NCBI RefSeq assembly: GCF_963853765.1
Contig: NC_088860.1
Span: 10,912,001 to 10,976,000, forward strand
DNA from: Magallana gigas
Taxonomy: Eukaryota
Direction: 5' to 3'
DNA length: 64,000 nt
The notes under the pieces were generated by a model. It saw only the letters and a program-made list of their open reading frames with translations, did not search any database and was not told the DNA's origin. Position numbers and translations under genes: made by a program. Below are positions 48,561 through 60,500 of the stretch, piece by piece (positions within the stretch are counted from its first letter, which is position 1; every line of letters begins with the position of its first letter).

Positions 48561-51503
48561 GCATTTTTGGTTTATGATTATCCTCTTTCATTGACTGTAT
48601 ATTGACCCCACTCTGACCAACAGGTGCTCAATTCAGATCTGTCAGAGAGTGTCAGTCAAAAAGCTTTCTATAGACAGAGTATTAAATGAAAGATAATAAT
48701 AAAGCAAGGAAACCTTGGGAGAACAGTGTCTGAACTTTGAAGGTTAAAGCCTTTGTTTGTTTCGTCCTATCAAGGCACTTAAGGTCAGATAAGAACACAT
48801 TGTGAAGGTCATTGATTTACCATAGTCTTTAGTAGCTAAAAAAAAAAAATGACAGAAACATGCAACTCAAAATGTACTCCACAAGAGCTGCATAGAGTTT
48901 TAAAAATATTCTGTCTAGGATATCATATGTATATAAGGTACTGTACATAATCTATTGCATTTAAAAAAGATATCAAGTTAAATTAAGCTGATATTCCCTG
49001 AAGCAGAAAGATCATTTAGGATTATAAATCAACTGTTTATGGAAAATCTATTAGCAACTTGCCCAAAAGGCCTTGATCTTTGACAAATATTATGGTGATA
49101 AATGTAATTAGAATAAGACTTCTGGAAGTGAAATATTCATGTTTGTTTTTTAAAAGATTAGATTTAGAACGTTGACTGCGGAAAGAATTGTTGTTTAATT
49201 TTTACTTGTCATTTTGAGCATTCCAGTACTATGATTAAAAGTATGTAAAGGCATGTCCACTGGTCATTGTATGCACACGTTTGGAATTTAAACTGCCGTA
49301 TACTTATTGACCTTACACGAGAACTCAGTGGCTTTTTAAATCGGATCTTGAGATTTTAAAGTCAACCAAACAACATGGATATTTTTGTAGCTTAGAAATA
49401 CATGTATAAGGAATAAGATAAAATCTTTGATTTAAACCAGACATTCATTTTAACCTTGCATAGTTAGATTTATTAGTATTATCTGGTAATACATGTAGGT
49501 GAGATAGGATTTAAAATCTAATGCTTTACTACGGTACATAAATGCACTTTATCACTAATCATCATCATTTTTGAAATGGCTTGTCAATTCATATTTTTTT
49601 AAAGGTTAAGATGTATGCATATTGAATATATAGTTAGTACATTATTTTTTCTCTCGCCCAGTATGAGTGGCATGATTAGTTTATAATATAAATGTAAATA
49701 TATATATCTAGAATAATGGGTTATCATCAGTTTATTACTTAATTAACTGCATTTTATCTGTTCACTAAAGAGATTGAAAAGGTAGTCGAAATTTAAAAAA
49801 GGTTTAATAATAAATAGATTGAATAGTACTATTTATGTTTTTTTTCTCTTGCTAATTCTTAATTATGAGTAGCATGTTCATGCAGTTATAATTTAAGAGA
49901 TGCATACACATTATTGTATGACCTTAGGTTAAAATATGCAGTTCTGTTTACACACAACACAACTTTGGAATTTTTAACTCCTGGGAAGAAATTCCTTTTT
50001 CGTAGCTATTAAAGCAAGGTAATTTTTTTACTCTATAGGAGTGCCTTTTGCACATTTCTTTGTCTTAAGGGAGTCATGTTTTCATAATTTACACTTGAAT
50101 ATATTACGACAGAGCTTTATTCAGTATAATTACGATGGTAAGTCACCCAGAGGATATGTACCTATGCTTGAGTATATTGATGGCATTTTTAGGTATGGCT
50201 GTTTATAATATCAAGAGAAATTGACGTTGACCTGTGAATGTTGATTTCATACAGTTGTTACCTAAAGCCATTATGTATTTCCATTAATAGCCCCCATATA
50301 TCAAGCGGTTATTTCTCTTCAACAGATAATTTGTATTTCATATCTCTTTTTTATTTGGAATCAATGAAGAGTAATTACATTGAGGAGAGAGGCTTGATAA
50401 AGACTAGGACCTTAAGCTAGCTTGAACTAGCTGCTAATATCATTGACTGCCCCCTCAATGGCTCCCAATGTACAATCAATTACTTGTTTGGAGAATCACA
50501 CATGTAGCTCCTGTATATCTTATTGGATTGATTTATTCATTAGCTCACGGATCAGTATATATAGATGTGCTTGCCACAATGCTTTCAACAAGAAACAGGC
50601 CGTGAATGTTTAGGGGCTGATTTAATGTGCATGGGGTTACTTGGAATTCTTAATGTATTTGTTATTTTCTTCTGAATTATTCATATAATGACATAGTATT
50701 TGCATTCAAGTGATCTGGACATTATTCCTGGAATCTAATTATGTTAATCAAAATGTTTTTGATAGTTTAAAATTATATGGTTTATTTACTTATGGAAATT
50801 TATTTGTTGAATCTCAGAAAAGATTTATAGGGTTTGTCCCAGAAACGTTGTTTTCCAGATACAAGACTTGATAATTATAATAATAATGTATAAGTGACAG
50901 TTCATATGATATTGCATATTTAACTTTTTGACACGTACATACAAATAGTTACCCTAGCTATAAAACAACTCTATATGCTTACGTGAAAGTAATTAACTCT
51001 CACTCTTGAACTGATCGTCACAGGTAATTAATGTAATCATGCTGATGTTGAGTTTATAAGTACAGCTATTATATGCATATTGTGATAGATATGTTACAAC
51101 CCTTTGATTTTAAATCAATCTAAATAAGACTAAGAAGATTAATGATAGAAAGTAAGATATTACACACATAAAAAGCACCAACATCTTGGTAATGAATCAA
51201 TTCATTTATTTAATGAGGACAGGGAAAGTGCACTGTGTTTTTTTTTTTGGGGGGGGGGGGGGTTCGTTTTATACACAAGTGCATTCATTTTGGCAAAATA
51301 TGATAATCAACAGATGAAGTACTCTTTGTTTCTTACAAATGCAGCACCAGGTTTTTAAAATTAAAAATAACCTGGCTATGCAACAGATGCTACCATTGTT
51401 AAAAAATATTGTAAAATTTTATTCAGAAATCAGCAGTAAAACTGTTCTGTTGACTACAAAATGTACATGCATTTATATTATTCTCCGCTGTATTCTCAGG
51501 GCC

Positions 51504-51560
51504 ATGGTGAACATCTTGGGACCTCATTGGAACCATTACAACAAGAGGTCAGTGTCTTAA
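51504..51560 (+). other. 18-codon out-of-frame upstream ORF in the RhoBTB 5' region
   Basis: GCC ATG G in strong Kozak context, encoding MVNILGPHWNHYNKRSVS*. The stop lies 11 nt before the main ATG at 51572. Confidence 0.55.
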
Positions 51561-51571
51561 ATCGGTTGGCC

Positions 51572-54500
51572 ATGGTGAACCGGTCTCTGGAGGAGGGGAG
51601 TCAGTATGAGTACATCAAGTGTGTGGTGGTGGGGGATGCGGGGGTGGGGAAGACCTGCCTGACCTGTGCCTGGGCCTGTGGGACAAATTACACCCTGGAG
51701 CGCCTCGTCAAAACCCCTGCATCCTCTGTGTGGGCCATTGATCACTACAGAAACGATCAAGAGGTAACAAAAATTTTGATAAAGTCTATATGTTTTAGAT
51801 TTACTTTAGATTATACTAACATATATATATACACATATTTAAGATTATTCCTATTTCAATAGAGACATTCAATACAGCTTATTATCCTATGTATTAAAAG
51901 ATTCCAGTTTATTGTTATTTCATTGAAAGTTTTTTTGTGTGTTAAATTTTTTATGGCATTATTCTTGCTTTATAATTGATCTTCAATAGATTGAATACAC
52001 ATAAGTTATTCAGATTTCAAATATTGGAACGATTTGTGTATTTAGGTGATGGACAGGTCTTGGTGTAATGTAGATGGAGTTCGATGTTCCCTGAAACTAT
52101 GGGATACTTTTGGTTACCATGACAAGAACAGGAAGTTTGCATATAGAGGGTAAGGCTGTGTACAGTACATACAAGGAAATAACTCGATGTCCAATAAATA
52201 TTTCATCTTCTAGTAAAAGTTGATCTGTAAATGTGATCATTTATGACTGAATACAATTTAGGATTTTATTTCCACCAGGAACGGGAAATAAAAATGTTTT
52301 ACAGATAATTTGATATGAATACACACCAACATGTCCTCTCCAAAGTCTATGAAAAAATTGTACTGTTTATCTTCCATTTCAGTAATTAGCTATATTGTTA
52401 AAAAAATTGATTTTTACCCCTTTTAATGTTAACTTACCGTATACAATATAAAGTCATTCACTGATCCCCGAAAGTGCCATCATTTGATCCCAAAATTTGA
52501 TTATTCTTAAGAATACACAAAATGTTACTAAAGATAATAGTTAAATATTAAATTTAAACAGATAATTGTTTTTTGGGTTGCAGGTCGGACGTGATTCTGC
52601 TGTGCTTCAGTGTGGTCAAACCAAGCTCTCTGAAGAACGTGGAGAGGTTCTGGCTCCCGGAGATCAAGAGTCGGTGCCCTGCCACACCCATCGTACTGGT
52701 GGGGACTCATGCAGACCTACGCTACCTGTATAAGAATGAAAAGTACAAGAAAATGAACAAAGGATTGCTTTACAAGTAAGCTCAAGTGTTATCTCTCTCT
52801 GTTTCTCTGTCTGTCTCTCTTTCTCTCTCACATACACACAAAATAGTGTGAAAAGGGAGGTAACTTTGATAGTCATGTTGAGATGTGTTTGAAAAATGGC
52901 ATTTTTAAAATTTGTGTAAGTCTTTTTGATAGTATAATTTCCTCAAATATATAGATTTTTAAATGAATTTACACTTAATAGATATTATGCTTTACAATAA
53001 ACAATCCTTTTTTCAGAGCTGTCAGTGATGAAGACATTTTGCCGCCAATGAGTGGAAGGGATATGGCAGCTAGCATAGGAGCTCCATACTATGAAACAAG
53101 TGTGCTGACTAAATATGGTATTGAGGAGTTGTTCTTTAATGTGATTAGGGCCACATTAATTGAACGGCGGGCATTGAAATTTTGGAATCCTCAACTACGA
53201 CGTGTACAGTATCCTTTAATTCAGGCCCCTATGGATATCCCCAAACCTGAGCTGCCAATCATTAAAGACCCAGGGACGGCGCCTCATGAAGACTTGTCTA
53301 AACTTCTACAGGAGGATGGGGACATTATTTTCGATGTACAAGGAACACATTTTAGAGCTCATAAAATCTGTTTGATCATTGCTGAAAGTGTTTTTGAGGG
53401 TATTTTTGTTCATTCCCCAAAAGCCAATGGTAGAAAGTCTTTATCAAGACAAGGTAGCAGTGGGTCGGATAGCGGCAGAAAATCTGAGAAAAATGGTGGG
53501 AAAGAGGACAAAGAAAACCTTATAGGTGGAGCTCCTCCTCTGCCAGATATCTGTCTCCATGGTACAGAAGCAATGACCAATGGAAATTGTCGTCTGCTGA
53601 ATGTTCCTGGGTTTGTTAAAGTGGAAGAAAAATTGTGGATGGATCCACTCAGTTTGGTAGAAGAAAAGAAGACTGTGATCACCATGGATTCTGAACTGAA
53701 TCCACTTGCCTTTCAGTATGTTCTCCGGTTTTGGTACTCGGGACAAGTTCCTGGGTCATGTGACTGTCTCGCAGAGTTACGCAGAGCGGCTGAAATTCTG
53801 ATGCTTCCAACATTGATCCTAATGGTTTCCAATCTTCAGACAGGGGAATCTTACCTAAATCACCCACTAGAATCCAATTTCTACACATCACGCAAAAATA
53901 AGTTGCAATCCATTGGGCTGGAGTCTGGAAGATTCACTGGTATGTTTTAGTCTGAATAATCAGTTTTTCAACCATTTATTTTCTTTATAGAGAGCCATAA
54001 AATACATCTTAATTACAAATTGACTCTGATTCTTTCAACATATTTTCTTGTAGACATTGAATTCCAGTTGGAAGATGGAGTTATTGCCCTTCATAAACCA
54101 ATTCTAATGGCTAGATGTGAAATGATGTTTGCCATGTTTAGTGCCAATTTCATGGAGTCTTCTGCTGAAATTGTATGTTTTCAGATATGTTGAATTCTCT
54201 TCCCTTAGCATTCAATTTATACTTGGTGTCCTACTTTTGGGCAATTTATACATTTTGTATGTGAATTGAAAGTTGATACTTCACCATTTGCCATAATCAC
54301 AAACTCAATTCCAGTTTATAAATCTATCATTTGTAGATACCATTCCCAGGAATGGATGTGCAGACTTTTAGAGTGTTGATGACCTATTTGTACTTAGGGC
54401 GGTTACCCTCGCTGGACGGGTCCGACATTGTAGGACTTTTTGAGGCTGCTGATAGGCTGTGCCTGAAGCACATGATCAAAGCTCTGGAATATGAGATTGT

Positions 54501-57500
54501 CTCGGAACTTTTGCAGGCAGAAGCAAACGGAGACAAAATTGTAGAGGAGACTTTAAAACTCATCGAACCAGCTCAGGTGAATATTGGGTTTAAATTATCT
54601 TGGCTTAGTTCTGGTTAAGTGGGTTTTTTTAATTTAATAAATTTGCGAGATTTAAAAAGATTAATATTTTTTTTCATGTATCTGTGAAAATTTACACATT
54701 CAGTGTGTGCTTTCCATGTATTTTGGGTGAGAAATCACATGAATATTTTATGTTAATTTTATTTACATAAATGTTTTCATAGGAAATTGTCCTAAAGGTT
54801 TTCGATGCTTGATTGTTCATTTGCAAGAGGGGTAGGTTTTTGTTTTAATTTAGAAATTGTTCATGTAAAATTGGTACATAAATATTCTTCAGTCTTAAAT
54901 ATTATTGTTGAAAAACTCAACATTCATTGAAATGACATGCATAAGATCCTAATTATCCTTTACACTTAAAGAAATAAATGCATTGTATGTTAAATAACAA
55001 TACTTCTTTTGTAAATCATTTATTGAGAGTATAGATAAACAAAAAATCAACATGATGGTAAACAGACATACTTTGAAAATCAAAGTAATCAGGGAAAAGG
55101 AAATACATGTAAATACATGTACCAGTGACAAATTTCCCTTTGGCATGTTATAAGTTCAACATAATTTTGACTAGTTATGCATGTCCTGATATGGGTATTA
55201 TTTGGTAAGGATGTGACAGTTTCATTATCAATTACATGTACAAATTTTCATTGACATGGGTGTTATACTTGAAGACTGACACAAACTCTTTTCCTCTTTG
55301 ACCAAGCCAGAGATTATTACAATCATCGATGCATAATCCAAGTGGTTCTAGGATGCCATCATCCTTAGACAAGAGGAAGCGTAGAAAAACTCCATCGGGA
55401 TCCAACATGTGGATTCTGTACTTGCACTGATTGTCACAAACCAGGATGTTTCCTACTTTGTCAGTGCAAATTCCATGTGGAAAAAACTGTGCCTTCTTGG
55501 GCCCTTTATAGGTGAATTTGTATTCCCCTTTCCTGTTGACAGTTATGACGGAGAATTTTTCAAAGTCAGATGCACAGACATCCCCTGTTGGTCCCTCTGT
55601 GATGTAGTGGGGGTAGCAGTACAGGTCTTCCCCAGTCTTGCTGTTTCTCTGAATAGTTTCTAGTTCTTTTCCAGTGCTTTCAAACCGAACAATTTTGGCC
55701 TCCTGTTTGTTGTGCATGCCTATCAAAATGTCTTCATTGATCCAAGAGGAATGAATGCTTATTGCGGCCCAGGTTTTAGGAATAGAGAAAAGGCTCTCTA
55801 CTTTCTTCTCCTTTGGAAGGAGTTTGCTGATCCTTTTCATGGCTTTGTCAATGTAGAGAAGATTATTGGTCATTGTGGCACAGTGGTACCCGTCCCCTTT
55901 ACTTTTGATGGAGAAAGTGTCCAGAGTTGTCCCTTGAATGTTCACCAAAGTCATGTTACTCAGACGGTCACTAACCCATGCACAACTGTTCCTCATGCAG
56001 CTGATGTGACGCCCGTATTGGATGTCAGAGGGCGCAAAACCAATGACTTTTTGGACAGGGAATGTCATGTTATTGTAAAGGTTTCCAAGATCATGCACAG
56101 GAGTAATAGGGACTTCCATTGCATCGGGGGATTCAATGATTTCTCCAAAGAGTCGAGAAATCTTGTCCTCAGGTATAGATTTGCTGTGATATTCGGGCAA
56201 AGTCAGCTGTTTGGGATATGGAATATTTTCCTCTTTTAGTGGCAGTTTGGTATCGGCTGTGAGCATCAGTTGAGCAGGAGTACAGTTCTGATATCTATAC
56301 TCTAAATCATCCAACTTATCCGTCAATAATGTCAACTGGTCACTAATTGTACTCTCCTCTGACAAAAGTTTCTGCAACAAGGAAATCTCCATTCTCTCAA
56401 GTGTGGCCATGTTCTTTTCAAGCACTGCATCTACTAGTGACTTAATTTCTTGAGCAGTGTCTCTAATTCGGCCCCTTATGTTGGCCATGACCTGCTTACA
56501 GTTGGTAATGTTTTCGAGGACCTGGTTATGTGTATCCTTACACTTGGGAACTAGTTTATTCTTCAGTGTAGAGATAATGGAGAGAACCGTGTCCTTTTTC
56601 TGTTGATACAACATCTCTTTTTCCACAAACACATGCCCCACGTGGTTTTCGGTAACACACTTAACACACACTGGGACATCACAGTCTTTACAACACATGT
56701 CATACGTGTGTGTTGTGTGCAGTACACATTCATCCCTATCAGAGAAAGCTAGGGGAGACAACTGGTGATTCTTGGTGGATTTGGATTTCAAATGTTGTCG
56801 TTTACATTTTTCACAGAAGTTTTCTCCGCAGGTCTTGCACACACATTCAGCCGGCTTCGCACACTTTCCACAGTCAATTTTTTCTGCAATGAGTGCCATT
56901 ATATTACTTTGTCACAGCAACATTTCTAACCACTGTATTATATGGTTAAAACTGCACTGAAGAATTCTACAAAGAGAAAGCAAAATGATAAATTGTATAA
57001 CTTTTTTTTAGCCATTATATTAAACTTCATCTTTTGGCTGATCAGTGATCTTATTCTACCCTAAAGTATAATAGATTAATATAAGGAAGGAAACAATTAT
57101 CATTTTATTTTCAGTTGAATACATGACAAAGAATATGTAAAATCTACTGATCTCTGAAAAAGTCCAAAAAATGACAATTTAAAAGATGTATTGCAAAGAT
57201 ACACAGATATTTGATTTAATATTAGGTATGAAAAAGTCGACACTATTTGCTGCTTTTATCCATGCATGAGAAATTTATTTTGATCTGTTGGCTGGAGAAC
57301 CACTTTATCACAAATATTTTTTTTTGTGATCCATCACAGGTAAACATGCATTGCAAAACATGTTACAAATTAGTTTTTCATCCCTTACCACTTTTACACT
57401 AGAGAATGGTAAAATAAATTAATAGCTACATATGTAATGAAATTGGTTTCCATAATATAAACATTATATGCAGTATACATTAGGAAAAAAAAAAGAGTAA

Positions 57501-60500
57501 AATGTTTGTTACCTGTGTAGCTATCTTTGTCGTGATGAAGATTGACACATTTTGCTCACTCTCTGAACCTGATGATAAATTCCTGAAATTAGGGTCCACT
57601 TCCTTATTGCTCAGTGAATAGACTTATTTGTCTATACTCTTAAAAAGGAAGAGGCATAATTGAAAAATAAATTGATCTATAGAAAATAAGCCATATAAGT
57701 GGAGGATTGTTAGTTTGTTGGAAGATTTGAAAATTTTTCATGTTCATTTATGAAATGTGTTTTTAAAGAAATGTTAAAAAATTGAAAAAAGTAAAACTAT
57801 GTACATGTTACTGTATATACATGTACTGTTTATGGGGAAGTATTACACATTTAGACCTTTGCTCACCACTCTAAGCTTTAGCAGTGGGCGTGTAAGGTTC
57901 AAAAAGTATAGTATTAGTAAATTTACGGGGTGTAAGCTCACTGAATTACATCAATTTTTTTGTGTTGCTTTTTCATAAAAAATGTTATCAAATATTATTT
58001 TGATGGTTTTATAGATTCACATAATTTTATGATAAATTCTCCTCAAATAATATTGATTAGAGTTTTTTTAAAAATTAGATTCAGTATGTACCAGGGCGCT
58101 CATTCTCTAAATAAAATTTCCTCATTTGATATGGCATTCATATAAAGTCTTAATGCAATACATGTATTGACATCAAACCAGACCACTCAAATGCTTTAAT
58201 TAAAATGATTCATAGTACCAGTTTATACATATGAAAATTATGATTTCAAACCATGTAATTGTGCCCACAATTTTGCAGTTGAAATGAAAATCTTCCTAAA
58301 GTCCAAGGAAATTTTACCTTACAATATAGTTTATTGCATGTTTAATCATTACTTAAATTAAAACCAAACCAAACATCTCAACATTCACTGGGAAGTGAAT
58401 GTCAATGACAATGACAAAACTATGATGGACAGCCGTCGATGGCAATTACAAGATGAGTATTACAATTCTTGTGATAACGAATTTATATCAGTAAAACATA
58501 AAACACCACGATTTTTCATTTAAAATATTCAACAATATTTATAATTCATCATGTATAGTGCGGTATGTTGTCAGATCGAATGACATAACTGGATTTATTT
58601 AATAGGCATAAAAGTTCTATATTTTAGCATCTCTTTTATAGATATACATGTTTTTGTACATGTTATTTAAACATGATAAATGTCATTTCCAGATATTCCA
58701 TGAGATAAGCTCAATAAAAGGACATCTTTTTTAAGGACTTTCAATGATCAAATAGATTTTGTAAAAGCTGAATGTAAAAGTGGCCTAATGAATGTTTTAA
58801 AGTGGTACATATTTTGTTGGTTTGACTTCATGCAATCATTTTACTTATCAATTAAGAGCACTCCAAAATCATTGAAGAAAAGTGTTTTATATAAGCCTGC
58901 ATGGAATAAGACCTGTACAAAGCTTATAGACAGGTTCTTAATCAATATTTTGAACATTAATATAGATGTTAAGTTTTGTGAGCAATTGATCATTAAAGGA
59001 CTTTGATAAGCAGTTATTAAATGTATGATGTATCATTTGTGCAAGCAAGTTCTTGATGCTTAAATGTTTGTTTTGCGATAAGTAGATTGACTTTTTAAAA
59101 AGTCAGGTGACTTTTCATTTCAAAATATTTTATTGTAAAATTTTAATTTACTACATGATACAATATCATATCATATGATAAAAAATGATATTGAAAATCG
59201 GACACATTGATACAATATTGTATCATACTATACTGTACAATTTATAATGGAATAATCATATTGAACTACGATTTTCAAATAAAATCATAATGGTGGTATC
59301 ATATAAAAGGTTAATGTCTTGTCTTGGTGAGCTCTGTAATCTTTAACTACATGTATGTTTTGAAAGGGTGCTTACTTGTAATTGGTCGAAAATTAGACTG
59401 TGTGAGAATAGACATAGTCGTTATGTATACATGCAAGAATCAAATTGCCAACATATTTTTTTTTTTAATGCAAGTTTGAATATGTTGTTGATGTCAATTT
59501 AGTCTTTTGATCTGAGATTTCCCTGACTGTTACTCTAGATTTTATATTTTGATTTGTACCGTGCGCATGTCATAATATGAAAACAGGTGTCCCTGTTACA
59601 TTTAGAGAAATCTCGGAGTAAAGTCATTTGTTCATTACATCTAAATGTCAGTGTAAAACACTTTTTGTGTTTAACATACAGGCACATAAACAAATTTGAA
59701 TGTGAATTTATCATATTAATGAGTTACGTGTCATTGTCCACAGTTCCACAATGCGGTAGAGCTGGCCGGGTGGTGTCTGGATTACGTGTGCGTGAACTAC
59801 ACCATGGTCCACAGGAAGTACTTCAGCCTCCTGTACAAGCTGCAACCCGACAACCAGAGACACATTGCCCAGAACAAGTGGCCCCCAGACTGGTGAGTCC
59901 CCTAAACTCTACATACAGTAAAACACTGTCATAACAAAGCACTACTATATACAGGGTTATTTCACCCCCCATTTTTATTGCCCTTCTACACTTGCAAATG
60001 GTTTCGCCCATCTTGAATTCACCCAAACCCAGTTGTGTTAAAATATGATACTTTTTTAAATATATTTAACATAGTAATTTAAAAATTTGCCCACTGACAA
60101 TGAGGGTAAAAGGGGCTAAAATAAAATGGGGGTGAGTAACTTCCCTGTATACAGTATTTTGATTTGTTATATATCTATGTGGTCAATCTGATTAAACTCA
60201 GCTCTGTGTGGTGACAAAAAGTTGTCAGAGCTGATCAAAGATTTAATCAGATTGTAAAAATAGTGAAACTGACTTTGTTGTAAGCATGAATTTGTATAAG
60301 GGTGTGTATAAGCATTATAAACATGTAAATCATTATATCAATTTAGGTTATATTATGTTTTAAGATTAAAGAAATGAAACTGTCTTCACTATAAGCATGA
60401 TATTTTTTGTGTGTTCCCTAGCTGTAACCGTGATTTACCGTACAGCTTAAATTTGGATCAGGCTTCCTAACTTCATGTAATACTACATATTTGTTTACAA

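Noticed and set aside
53410-56960. ORFs antisense to RhoBTB exon 4 and to the B-box/NHL gene (e.g. 55712-56239 +)
   Set aside because: Shadow ORFs on the opposite strand of real coding sequence, with no domain features.
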